Assembly: GCA_028534125.1 (NCBI GenBank)
Contig: CM052816.1
Location: forward strand, 66,218,001 to 66,282,000
DNA: 64,000 bases
Source of the DNA: Lama glama
Lineage: Eukaryota
Reading direction: 5' to 3'
This document shows, piece after piece, positions 26,551 to 40,005 of the stretch. Position 1 is the first letter of the stretch; every line of letters begins with the position of its first letter. Below the pieces are notes generated by a model. The model did no database searches and had not been told where the DNA came from. It saw nothing but the letters and a program-made list of their open reading frames with translations. The translations under genes were made by a program, and so were the position numbers.

Positions 26551-27379
26551 ATACGAGGTGTATTTTTGCTCCCCAGTAGCTTGTACATCCCATAAGGGCT
26601 TCTCTGCATCTCACACAATATTTCAGACAGTGCCTGGCACCAGCAGGTGTCTAGTCGATTTCTGCTAATTAAAAGATTGATCGCTGGGAGAAGGGGCAAA
26701 GAGGGAATGGAAGAACTGAAAGAGAATCAGTTATTCTTTGGTTTATAGTTACAAAGTGAATAGAACTGTGAGCAGTTTTGTCAGCCAGATTATTTCTAGG
26801 TGGGGTTTATTGAGCACAGAATTCTATGTAATATCATTTGCCCTATGGAAAAATGTATGATGTCAAACAAATTATACCAGCTCTGTTCAACTGTAAGGAA
26901 AGACACATGTCTGAAATTACTGAAGAAACGCAGAGTTGTTTACACTTAAATACTTCAGTGGTTGTTAATTTAGGTGTTGAAGTGGAGGTCTTGTCAGATT
27001 GGTTTTAGCAAAGAAATAAGGGTCATCTATGATTGGCAGAGTAACTGTGGATATGCCAGTAGCTGCTAGTGTTTAAAAGGAGTTCTCTTAAATTGGTTAA
27101 ATATTCCCTTTGTACCTGCTTAACATTTTTAATAGGCTTTCAGTGACAAAGGAGACAATTTCCAGACAGCTTATTTATGAAGTGCTAACAAAAATATCAA
27201 TAATTTTTATTTGTGTAGGATTTCTGTTTACAAGTGCATTTATATGCATTATCAATTAGCAGCTTATTTTTGCTGTGATGGATGCATATGAAATAGAGCA
27301 AAGAGTGTAAGAGACTTTCAGTTAGCAGGGCCTAAATAAAGAGATTTCATTGTGATAGCCAAGGACATGGAATCTAAAG

Positions 27380-27580
27380 TATAGCTAACATTTAATGAGC
27401 ACATACTATGTACAGATACTGTGCCAGGCATTTCACATTTATTTCCCAATCCTGGGACAAGCTCCATGTGGCATTTTCACACTGCCCATTTTTACAGTTG
27501 AGAAAGGTGACTGAGTCCCATGTTTGGCACACCAAGACAAGAACCGAAGTCTGACTCAAATTCCTGCACTCTTAACATCT
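27380..27580. mobile_element. MIR SINE fragment
   Basis: CCCATTTTTACAGTTGAGAAAGG core, plus TACTATGT..TGTGCCAGGCA. Confidence 0.6.
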
Positions 27581-27989
27581 ACATATCCCTTAGCGTCCAG
27601 CTCCTTATATTCTGGCAGCGCCCCACTCAAACATGGAATGATAGCTGTCAGGTTCAGAAAAATGTTCTTGAGGATTCTTATCCACCCTGAGTAACATATT
27701 TTAATGTTTACCCATTCTTAAAGTCAGGAAGTTCTTCTCAAAGCCTGAATCTAGTTCCTTTCTATGATAACACAGTCTAGTCGTTCTGCCTAGGGGAGAC
27801 ACAGGAAGCTTATGAAACTTCACGCAAAGGATTCTCCTACATATAGTGATAGATGCTGACGGGTGTAATTAAGCCATCCCATTCTCTTGATAAATCGCCA
27901 ATCTAGAAAAGGAACCACCTCTCCAGCAGCAGCTGGGTTGTTCATTGAACCATCAAGGCAGAGGATGAGATGATGCTGAATTCTAAAGT

Positions 27990-28998
27990 TTTTTCCCTCT
28001 CTAGTTTTATTGAGAAATAATTGACATACATCGCTGTATAAGCTTAAGGCATATGGAACGATGGTTTGATTTATGTATACTGTGAAATGATTACCACGTT
28101 AGGTTCAGTTAACATCTGTCTTCTCATACTGATAAGATAAAAAAAGAGAAGAATAATGGGAATAAGCTTCTCCTTGTGATACTTACTTATCTTATAAATG
28201 GAAATTTGTGCCTTTTGATCACTTCCATCCACTTCCCCTTCCTCCCTTCCCCATCTCTGGTAACCACAAATCTGGTATCTTTTTCTATGAGTTTTTTTTT
28301 TTAAGATTCCATATTTAAGTGAGATCATACAGTATTTGTCCTGTTCTAACTTATTTCACTTAGCATATTATCTTCAAGGTCCATCCATGTTGCTGCAAAT
28401 GGTAGGATTTCCTTGTTTTTTATGGCTGAAAATACTCATTCTGTGTGAGTATGTATCTATCCATTCATCCACTGATCAACACTTAGATTGTTTCCACATC
28501 TTGGCTATTGTAAATAATGCTGCTATGAACACTGGAGGGTAAAGCTCTTTTCAAGTTAGTGTTTTTGTTAACTTAGGATATATTCCCAGAAGTGGAACTG
28601 CTGGATCATATGGTAGTTATACTTTTAATTTTTTGAGACTTCTCCATAGTGTTTTCCATAGTGGCTATATCAATTTATATTCCTACTAACAGTGCACAAG
28701 GGTTCCCTCTTCTCCACATCCACTCTAGCATTTGTTATCTCTTGTCTTTTTGAGGATGGCCATTCTCACAGGCATGAAGGGAAATCTCACTGTGGTTTTA
28801 ATTTGCATTAGGAAATCCCTAATGACCACTGACAGTAAGCATCTTTTCATGTGCCTGTTGGCCTTTCATTTATACCTTCCTTGAAGAAATATCTCTAAAG
28901 GTCCTTCACCCATTTTTTAATTGGGTTATGTACATTTTGCTGTTGAGTTGTATGAGTTCTTTATGTGCTCTGAATAAACTTCTTTCTTAAGATGGCTA
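27990..28998 (-). mobile_element. 5'-truncated L1 (sense to RAB3C)
   Basis: Reverse L1 ORF2 end and 3' UTR; 13-bp TSD TGAATTCTAAAGT at 27977-27989 and 28999-29011; minus-strand AATAAA at 28006-28011. Confidence 0.9.
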
Positions 28999-29185
28999 TG
29001 AATTCTAAAGTCTTTACACCTCTACCCCAGATGGCAATTTCCTTGTCAATTAAAGCCAATACAGGGGAATCTCAGTTAATTAAAGGCAAAAGAGACAAGA
29101 CAGATCAAGTGTGGAGTATATAGACTTAGAGGCTAAAACCTCTATTTTGATTACTTTCATCAGAAGAAGCTTTCAGCTATTTATG

Positions 29186-31401
29186 TAAGAGCAGAAACAA
29201 GACAAGGATGCCCACTCTCATTACTTTTATTCATAGTATTGGAAGCCTTAGCCATAGAAATCAGTCAAGAAAAGGGAAAAAAGGCATCCAAATCAGAAAG
29301 GAAGTAAAACTGTTATTTACCAATTACATATTATACATAAAAACTATAACAAATTCACCAAAAAAACTTTTAGAACTAATAAAGTCAGCAAAGTTGATAA
29401 CAAATTCAATATACAAAAATCGTTTGCATTTCTATACACTAACCATGCATTTGTGTACAAACAAGCATGCAGAGAAACTAAGGAAACATTCTCCTTTACA
29501 ACTGCATCAAAAAGAATAAAACACCTAGGAATAAACTTAACCAAGGAGGTGAAAGATCTATACACTAAAAACTCTGTAAGACATTGATGAAAGAAATTGA
29601 AAATACAAATGAAATGGAAAGATATTCCATGCTCGTGGATTGAAAGGATTAATATTGTTAAAATGTCCATACTATCCAGAGCCATCTACAGATTCAATGT
29701 AATCCCTATCAAAATTCTAATGTCATATTTCACAGAAACAGAACAATCCTAAATTTTGTATTGAATCACAAAAGACTGAATAGCCAAAGCAATCTGGAAC
29801 AAGAACAAAGCTGGAGACATCATGCTCCCTGTTTTCAAACTAGATTACAAAGCTACAGTAATCAAAACAGTATGGTATTGGCTTGAAAACAAGACACATA
29901 GCTCAATGAAACAGAACAGATAGCCCAGCAAAAAACCCATGCATATGTGGTCAGTTAATTTACAACAAAGGAGCCAGGAATATACAATGGGGAAAGGGTA
30001 GTGTTTTCAATAAATGGCATTGGGAAAACCAGACAATCAAATGCAAAAGAATAAAACTGGGCTCCTATCTTATATTATACATAAAAATTAACTCACAATG
30101 GATTAAATACTTGAATGTAACACCTGAAACCATTCTAGATAGAAACAGCCAGTAAGCTATTTGACATTGGTCTCAGTGATGATTTTTGGATCTGATTCTA
30201 AAAGTAAAGGCAATAAATAAAAGCAAAATTAAACAAGCAAGACTACCTCAAACTAAAAAGATTCTGCAGAAGAAAAGAAACCATCAACAGAATGAAAAGG
30301 CAACTTCCTGAATGAGAGAAAATATTTACTTATCATATACTAATAAGGGGTTAATATACAAAATATATAAAGAACTCATAAAACTCAAGAGAAAAAGAGA
30401 CCTGATTTTAAAATGGGCAGAAGATCTGAACAGACATTTTTCCAAAGAAAAAATACAGATGTTGAACAGGCACATGAAAAGATGCTCAGTATCACTAATC
30501 ATTAAGGAAGTGCAAATCAAAACCACAGTGAGACATCACCTCACACCTGGCTATTATTATTAGAATGGCTATTATCAAAAAGGCATGAAATAATAAGTGT
30601 TGGCAAAAATGTGGAGAAAAGGGAACCCTTGTGCATTGTTGGTGGGAATGAAAATTTTGCAGCCACTAAGGAAAACAGTATGGAGGTTCTTCAAAAAATT
30701 AAAAATAGAACTGTCACATGATCCAGCAACTCTACTCTTCTTAGTATTTATGTGAAGAAAATGAAAACACTAATTTGAAGAGATATATAAACCTCTATGT
30801 TTATAGCAGCATTAGCTCCAAAAGTCAAGATATGGAAACAGCCAAAGTGCCCATCAGTGGATGAATGGATAAACACAATGTGGTGCATATATACAATAGA
30901 ATACTATTCAATCATATCAAATTATGAAATCTTGCCATTTACAACTACTTGGAAGGACTTTGAAGGCATTATGCTAAGTGAAATAAGTCAGACAGAGAAA
31001 GACAAGTACTGTATGATCTCACTTATATGTGGATCTAAAAGACCACAAAAACAAAACAAAATAAAAAACAAGCTCATATATACAGAGAACAGATTGTTGG
31101 TTTCCACAGGCAGGGGTTGGGAGGGGTGAATGAAATGGGTGAAGGAGGTCAAAAGGTACTGAGTCATGGGGATACAATGTACAGCATGGTGAGTATAGTT
31201 AATAACATTGTGTTGCATATTTGGAAGTTGCTGAGATCTTAAAAGTCCTTAACACAAAGAAAAAAAGTACCTATAAATGGGGCAGATGTTAACTAGACTT
31301 ACGGTGGCTATCATTTAACAGCATATACAGATATTGAATCATTATGTTTTATACCTGAAATGAATATAATGTTATATGTCAGTTATACCTCAATAAAAAA
31401 A
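29186..31401 (+). mobile_element. 5'-truncated L1 (RT to poly(A))
   Basis: Begins in ACAAGACAAGGATGCCCACTCTCA (TRQGCPLS); ORF2 C-terminal fragments in ORFs 30312 and 30797; ends CTCAATAAAAAAA. Confidence 0.92.
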
Positions 31402-33159
31402 TAAAGGCAAAGAGAACAAAGGTGTAGTATTTAGACTTGATGGGCAAAATGTCTATTCTGATGACATCCATGAATGAAATCTCATAGTTTAGATATCATG
31501 TACATGGATAAGGAAGAGTTGCCTATACGCACCAAATAGAGTGTATCCTTGGAATTTGGGATTGAGACAAGAAAAAGAAACCCACTGAGAATGAAGTCGC
31601 TAAATTAGTGCTACAAAATACATGAGATTAGCCATCTGCAGACGTAACTCACTGCAAGATAGGATTAACAGCTGCTTGTGGGGAGAACGTGCATGATACT
31701 TCCCCAAATCCATTGAGGGACTAGCACATCCTCCAAATTTCTAACATACAGGGCAGGATCTCTCCTAGCCATGGCCTAATGGATTTTAAAATTTCCAAGG
31801 TGAGACTCTCAAGAGAGAATGGAGTTGGTCTGCATGGAGTCAAGACAAAGAAGAGTCAAGGACTGAGAGCATTTACTGTCCAGCATGGTCAAGGGGAAAG
31901 GAGAGGGTGCCTGTACCAAGTTGTGTGGGTTTTCAGGTTTGCCTGCCTGCCCATTTCCATCGGAAAAGAGAGAACTGTCCTTGCTCACAGGTATTCCCTT
32001 AACATCACAGGCCTGGCACATAGTAAGCTCTCAACAGAATAAGGAATAACTGAGTGAATATTGTTGGGTTCCCTTTTCTTCACTCTGGGGCCACTGAGAA
32101 ACCTTATGAAATTGATTTCCTTTTCTAAGGTTATTTTTTCTATTGACAAAAAGGATACACTGATTATCTCACAGAAATATTATCATATTGCATTTATATG
32201 TCTCAATAATAAAAGGCATTTTAAATTGTAAATTAGTCTCTTGTGAGTTTGGTTAGTGTGATTTGCTCCCTCACTTTCCCCAGTTCTGATGATTTTAAGT
32301 TGAAGGAAAGGAAATAACATTTGTAAATGTGCAAAGCTGATGAACAGAACTGGACCTCCACCAGCTGCACCCACCAAGAATTTATTTCACAAGTCAGTGT
32401 GATCAAACAGTCTTCATTGATTTGAGCTCTTTCAATTCTCAACATTCAGCACATTAAACTCTATCTTGATGCCGCAGTTTGTATTCCTTACATCCGATTT
32501 AAATTTCATTAAGTAACATTGATAGTAGCATCTTTTGTTGTTTTAAAAACCAAATAAAAAACAAAGCCACCAGTTTATATAAACCTCTGCTATATGGAGT
32601 TTGGTTCACTTTTAAACATTTCACAACATGGGAAGAGGTCACAGCTTGGAAGATCATCGTAAGAGAAGAGCAGGGGTAGGGTTCTGAGACAAATCCAGGT
32701 GAGAACAGTGAAGGAAGGACTATTTTGTAAGATGGGGCAGGTGACATGTAAATTTGAGGCTGCTTAGAGGATAAGCTTTGAGTCACAAATGGTGGAAGGG
32801 CAATGGTAGTTTGGAGGCTCTTTAGCAAGAACATATTTAGCATGTTGGCAGCCCTCGGAGCAGCTGGACTCATGGGAGTGGGGAGTATCACCAGAGGTCA
32901 ACTGCTGGTAGAGATTTGGATCAGTGAGGAGAAATATGGGAAAGACCACCTAGGTTAGTGGGGTTGACCAAAGAAAGCAATGAGTAAAAGAAGCATCTTC
33001 TAGGGTCTTCATTCACTGGGGAATGTGAGGACATTTAAGTAAGTGGAGGTTTAGAAGAGGAGCAGCATGCAGAACCCCAAGATAAGTGAGGGAGGTCAGT
33101 TTACCACTCAAAGGTGGTAAATGGGTAGAGTGGGGTTGCATGTGCTGGATAACCATAAG

Positions 33160-33277
33160 CTTTACCATTTAAACAGAGTCATTTTTGAGATGGAAAGGGG
33201 GTGCTACTAATACTCATACTGAGAAGTGAGCATAAATTGGAACTGTCCTGAGCCAATCGGGATGCGTGGTCACTTTA
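33160..33277. mobile_element. hAT-Blackjack MITE (MER94-like)
   Basis: GAAAGGGGGTGCTACTAAT...GGAACTGTCCTGAGCCAATCGGGATGCGTGGTCAC resembles MER94. Confidence 0.5.
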
Positions 33278-33390
33278 TTCATAAGGAACAGACACTTGCT
33301 GGTGAGTGAATTTCAGCTGCCAGTAAAGACAGTGGATATTCATAAGGTGATTAGATAATGGAGATCAAGAGTTAATAGGATTTGGGTTTT

Positions 33391-34870
33391 ACACATGGAT
33401 CAATGGAACAGGATAGAAAGTCCAGAAATAAACCCATACACTTATGGTCAATTAATCTACAACAAAGGAGGCAAGAATATACAATGGAGAAAAGACAGTC
33501 TCTTCAATAAATGGTGCTGGGTAACTGGATGGCTACATGTAAAAGACTGAAATTAGAACGTTCTCTAACACCATATAGAAACATAAACTCAAAATGGATT
33601 AAAGACCTAAATGTAAGACCAGATACACTAAAACTCCTAGAGAAAAGCATAGGCAGAACACTCTCTGACAAAAATCGCAGTATTTTTTTTGAACCAGCTC
33701 CTAAAGTAATGGAAATAAAAGCAAAAATAGATAAATGGGACCTAATTAACCTTAAAAGCTTTTGCACAGTTAAGGAAACCATAAACAAAATGAAAAGACA
33801 GCTTACAAAATGGGAGAGAATACTTGCAAATGAAGTGAAAGAGAAGGGACTAATTTCCAAAATATACAAACAGCTCATGCAGCTTAATATCAAAAAACAA
33901 ACAAAAACCAAACAACCCAATCAAAAATGCAAAGACCTAAATAGACATTTCTCTAAAGAAGACATTCAGATGGCCAACAGTCACATGAAAAGATGCTCAA
34001 TTTAACTAATTATTAGAGAAATGCAAATCAAAACTACAATGAAGTATCACCTCACACCACTCAGAATGGCCATCATTAAACAGTCTACAAATAGTAAATG
34101 CTGGAGAGAGTGTGGAGAAAAAGGAACCCTCCTACACTGTTGGTGGAAATGTAAATTGCTGCAGCAACTATGGAGGACAGTATTAGGTTCCTTAAAAAGC
34201 TAAAAATAGAGTTACCATATGATCCGGCAAACCCACTCCTAGGCATACATCCAAAGAAAACTATAATTTGAAAAGACACATGCACTCCAATGTTCACAGT
34301 GGCACTATTTACAACAGCCAAGACATGGAAACAACCTAAATTTCCACTGACAGATGAATGGATAAAGAAGATGTGATACACACACACACAGAGAGGAATA
34401 TTACTCAGCCATAAAAAGAATGAAATACGGCCATTTGCAACAACAATGGATGAACCTAGAGATGATCATATTAAGTGAAGTAAGTCAGACAGAGAAAGAC
34501 AAATATATGATGCTGCTTATATGTGGAATCTAATTTTTAAAAAGATACAAATTTTATTTACAAACCAGAAACAGACTCATGGACACAGAAAACAAACTGT
34601 GGTTACCAGGGGGAAGGTGGGGAGGGATAGATTAGGAGTTTGGGATTAACAGATACACACTACTGTAGGTAAAACAGATAAACAAGGACCTACTGTATAG
34701 GACAAGGAACTATATTCAATTTCTTGTAATGAGCCATATGGAAAAGAAATAGAAAAAAATATATATATGTATGTATATGTATAACTGAATCGCTTTGCTG
34801 TACATCTGAAACTAACATTGTAAACTGACTACATGTCAATAAAAGTAAGAATAAAAAATAAATAAAATTA
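33391..34870 (+). mobile_element. Younger, artiodactyl-type 5'-truncated L1
   Basis: 164-aa open ORF2 fragment (33511-34005: [17 protein letters not shown]...[12 protein letters not shown]); 3' UTR ...GCTTTGCTGTACATCTGAAACTAAC... and A-rich tail. Confidence 0.92.
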
Positions 34871-37800
34871 AAACTGAGTGTAAAGAGAAAAAAAAGTCAG
34901 AACAGTCCCTAACCTACAGTCACCATCTCAGGTATGAGTATTTCTGCTTTTTCCATGTGCTTTGGATCAACAGTATGAAAGAATCAAATCAATATTTAAT
35001 ATGCAGGAAAGAATTTTTTAACTGAATGCTTGTCATAGAACTAAAATATGAAATAAATTAGCTCAAATCTGTTTTTATTTCCTGCTTGGAAATGCGCAAT
35101 AACTATAAAATGTATTTTTTTAAAAAGTTCATAGGAATTGGGGAGCACAAGGAGACGAGGATCAGGAGGAAGTAGGGGTCACTTCCCTTCCTACCCCACA
35201 AGTATGACCACACCTAAACTAATTCAAACACATTGAAATAGACCCTGCTGGGCTGCTTTATATCTCCTGGGAATCCTTAGCCAAGGCGAAAGCGAGCCAG
35301 TGGAAATCATGGTTGAGTGGCAGTGTTTCTGTGCAGACAGGAGCATTTAAATAGCATTGCTGGGGCTCTGTGATGAATCCAGAAGTTGGAAATTCCTGCC
35401 CTTTCATAAACTCTACAACTATGATTGAAAAAATCTTTAAAAGCTGCTGAAGAACAGAGTCAATGCATATTTGAGGCAAAAGGTTTGAGTTTTAAAAATA
35501 TCTTCAGGGTAATGCTTTTCTTATTAGAGTTTGTGGCTTCTCTACCTGGCTTTATTACAGAATTGTTTTTGTAGGGACAGGGAAGAAGATTAAAAAATTG
35601 AAGGAAAAAATCATCTTTTATTAAAGTGAGGTGGCTGGAGGCAATACAGCAGGTCTGAGCTTGAGAAGAAAGATTTAAAATAGCCAAGGTGGGAGGGTTT
35701 TCACCCCCAGAACTGCTCATGCTTCTCTGACTTTTGTACCCCAACTAAGTGCCCTTGGCAAGCTACACTGACACTATAATGATAGGCAGAGGCACATGAC
35801 TTGAGATTAGCTATAAAAATGTGCACTCCACCAACCATTACATCAGATATGGTCGGTTGCTAAATAGAAGGTTAATAATGCAGACATAGCCACAATGGCC
35901 AGTTCTCATGATTTGCTTTACTTTTTCCTACCAGTTTCTTGTGTTATACAAAAACCCATTTGATGGAGACAACTCTTAAAAACTCAATTTAAAGTCATAG
36001 AAAAGAAAGGGTGGCTAAGTGCATTAAAAAAAAAAAACTGTCATCCTTGAAACTGTGGATTTCTGGTTTCCAGTGCCTAGGTTTAATGCTAATTCTTTCC
36101 ACTTGGTCTCACTAGACCTTGTCCCATTCACCCTATGGCTTTCCACCAAGTCTACTCTCTCCACCCTCTGCCTCTTCAAGTTTCTTCCCTTCTCCATGTC
36201 AACATGCTGATTTTACTCCCAAATTTTCCCTCTTTAATGACTTCAACTAGTTATTCAAGCCAGACACGTGGGGTCATCTTTGACCCCTTCATCCCCTCAG
36301 GCCCCAGGGTCCAGACATTCACCAAGTGTTGTTAATTCTTCTGCCTAAACATTAAAAAAGCTCTCTCATTTGTGTCCCCACCGCCACTGCTTAGCTTAGG
36401 CCTGTGGTCCTCGATTTCGACACAATCAGGTGACACATGGGAGAATTTAAATCAGAGATTCTCAACCCTGTCTGTACATTAGAATCATCTGAGGAGCTAA
36501 AAACACCGATGTTTGTACCTTAGCTTTAGAGATTTTGATTCACGTGACATATACAAGTATGTGCACATGTGTGCTTCCTGTTCTCCCCCTATAGTCCACC
36601 ACCTAATCAGGGATGTCCAAATACTTTTGATTATTTCTTTAACTGTAAGGACTGTACAAACAAAAACAGTTTTGAATGAAGTAACGTCAGCATCATGGCA
36701 GTATTAGTCATTCTTTTTTTCTCTCTTTTTATTTACAACTAGTTGGACACTCATAACCAAACAAAACTGCCTCTGCACATGACACCAGGACACCCAGGAC
36801 ATTTTTGGCCACCTGTGTACTAGGAAAGTAGGTGGACAGGATCTCTGAGGGAGCTGAGGCTGCAGGGGAGTCAGTGAGCCTGCCCCACTCCCTTTTGTCA
36901 CTATCTGGGGGAGAAAGCAAAAATGGAGAGTGATAAACAGGGTGGCATTCATGGGAGACAAAGAATTGATCCTTACTAAGCCTGACAGGAGAACTAGGTA
37001 TGCTGTCAGAGGGGGACAGAGACGAGTTTAGAGGCAGAGAAGAAGGAATTTGAGGAAGTTAGTCTCCCTTCCCAGGGCGACACTGCAACGTGCAACAACA
37101 GCCACAACCCTTGCAGAGGAGGGAAAAGAGTCAGGGGTGCAGGACTGAGTTCCTGGCTCTATGGCTTATTTCTCTCCAGCAGCACCTAGATTTCTGAGGA
37201 GGGACCTCTGGGGCTTGGGGGAAACGAGAGGAAAGGAAAGAAGCAGACACGAATAACAAAGGGCATTGAAGAAACACACTTCTTGTTGTCTGTTTTGGGA
37301 TATCAGGCAAGAGGTCTGCCCATGGACCTCTGGGGGTCCTCGCACTTGAGGATCCCCCTACTGGGCCATGGGCAGCCACAAAGCCCCAGGTGCTAACCCC
37401 ACACTTCCCCCTACTTTACCACCAGTTCTTTTTATGTAATCTTAAGTGAAACCATAAGAATCAGCTCTGGTATAAAGAAACCAAATATCTGAGCTATAGT
37501 GACACTTCTGGAAAACAAAAGAAAGGTTTCTAATTGCCAGCCTGTTGAACTGTAAGAGTCAAAGTAAACAAGGTCTTCCTTAATGAAGGAAGGTATTTGT
37601 TACTTCAAATGTGATGGCAGAGACGCATTTCATTAAGCACTATGAAAAATCATGGTAATATGGTATCACAAAAAGAAAATAATTCTTCACAAACTACACT
37701 GGAAGTTATGAAATATTGTAATATAACTGATAAAAAATTCAAATCAGTATCTATGAAGAGATTCAATAAGCTATAGAAAAACTAAGAAAGGCAGTTTAAT

Positions 37801-39067
37801 GAATTCAGAAATAAAACTAATGAACAGGAGTTCTTTAACCAAATAATTGAAATTAAAAACCAAACAAAAATTCTGGAGTTGAAGAATTCAATGAATGAGA
37901 TAAAGAATGCATTAGACAGCTTAGGCAATAGAGCAAATGAGGTGGAAGAAAGAATATGTTACTTGGAAGACAGGACTTTAGGAATAACTCAGAAGACAGA
38001 AAAAAAGATTTTTAAAAAGTGAAAAAACCATAGGCATTCTATCAGATGTGATCAGAAAAATAAATATAAGAATAATTGGCACACCAAAAGGAGAAAGGAG
38101 AGAGTTGTTTAGAGAAAAAATAGCTGAGAACTTCCCAAACCTAGGGAAGGAATTGGATGTACAACTCCAAGAAACTAATAGAACACCCTATATTATCTCA
38201 ATCAAAAAGAACCTTCTCCAAGACACATTATAATGAAACTGTCAAAACTCAATGATTAAAAAAAGAATCTTACAGGCAGCCAAGGAAAGAAAGAACGTAA
38301 CCTATAAGGGAACTCCCATTAGGCTCTCAGAAGATTTCTCAGGAGAAACTCGACAGGACAGAGTGGGATGACACATTCAGTGTTGTAAAATAAAAATTAT
38401 CAACCAAGAATACTTTATCCCACAAAGTTATCTTTCAAATGTGAAGGAGAAATAAAGCTTTCCTAAAAAAACAAAAGCTCAAGGAGTTTACCACCACTAG
38501 ACATTCCTTACAAGAAATGCTAAAAGGAGTTCTTCAAGCTAAAAAGAAAAGATGCTACTTAGTAACATAACAGCATATTAAAGTACATAGTATCCTGGTG
38601 ACAGTAAAAAATAAACAGTAAGAATTAGAAAACTGTAACTCTATATTATTATGGTGGGTTAACCACTTAATTATAGTATAAAGGCAAAGGAAAAGCACAT
38701 TAAATAACTATAGTTACTATAATTTCTCAATGAATCCACAGCATAAAAAGGTAAATTTTGACATCTAAAATATAAAAGAGGCATAAAAATTGGAACCTGT
38801 ACAGATGAATGAAGATGAGGTGCTATCAGCATAAAAAGGACTGTTTTTTCCATGAGAAGTTTTATGTAAGCCACATGGTAACCACAAAGCAAAAAGCTTG
38901 GCTACAGTCATGAAACTTAAAGGGAGACTGATCAAATCACTATGGAAAATCACCACTTTAAAAAGGTAGACATTAATAGAGGGAAACAGAAATAATGGAG
39001 ATACAAAACAACCAAAGGCAGACAAAAAAATGGCAAGTAAGTCCTTATATCTCAATAATCACTCTAA

Positions 39068-40005
39068 TGGACAGGAGACTTAAACAGGCAATTCTCCAGT
39101 GAAGACATACAAACAGCCAATAGGCACATGGCAAAATGCTCAATATCGTTAATTATTAGAGAAATGCAAATCAAAACTACAATGAGGTATCAACTCACAC
39201 CAGTCACAATGGCCATCATTCAAAAGTCCACAAACTAAAAATGCTAGAGAGCATGTGGAGAAAAGGAAACTCTTCTATACTGTTGGTAGGAATGTAGTTT
39301 GGTGCAGCCATTATGGAAAACAGTATGGAGATTCCTCAAAAGACTAAAAATAGACTCCCACTCCTGGGCATATATCCAGAGGGTACCTTAATTCAAAAAG
39401 ATACATGCACCCCAGTGTTCACAGCAGCACTATTTACAACAGCCAAGACATAGAAACAACCTAAATGTCCACTGACAGATAACTGGGTAAAGAAGTTGCA
39501 GTGTACAAATACAATGGAATACTACTCAGCCATAAAAATAATAAAATAATGCCATTTGTAGCAACATGGATGGACCTGGAAATTGTCATTCTAAGTGAAG
39601 TAAGCCAAAAAGAGAAAGAAAACTACCATATGATATCACTTATATGAGGAATCTTAAAAAAAAAAGATGAAGGTATTTACAAAACAGAAACAGACTCACA
39701 GACTTGGAAAAAAACCTATGGTTACCAGTGGGGGAAGAGGGTGGGAAGGGATAAATTTGGAGTCCAAGATTTGCAGATACTGACTGATATATATAATATA
39801 GATAAACAAGTTCATACTATATAGCACAGGGAGCTATAATCAATATCTTGTAGTAGCTTACGGTGAAAAATAATGTGAAAATGAATATCTGTATGTTATG
39901 TATCACTAAAGCATTATGCTGTACACCAGAAATTGACACAACATTGTAAACTGACTATACTTTAATAAAAATTATATGTGTGTATACATATATATACATA
40001 TTTAA
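39068..40005 (+). mobile_element. Younger L1 3' fragment nested in the host L1
   Basis: 11-bp TSD AATCACTCTAA at 39057-39067 and 40006-40016; removing it restores the host ORF2 motif SIITLNVNGL. Confidence 0.92.

Noticed and set aside
33511..34005. 164-aa ORF (also 41987-42538) as a host gene
   Set aside because: L1 ORF2 fragments within truncated or decayed elements; no intact L1 ORF1 or ORF2 in the window.
36950..37450. GC-richer patch as the 5' UTR of the adjacent L1 or an LTR
   Set aside because: No TSD, termini or recognisable homology; left unassigned.
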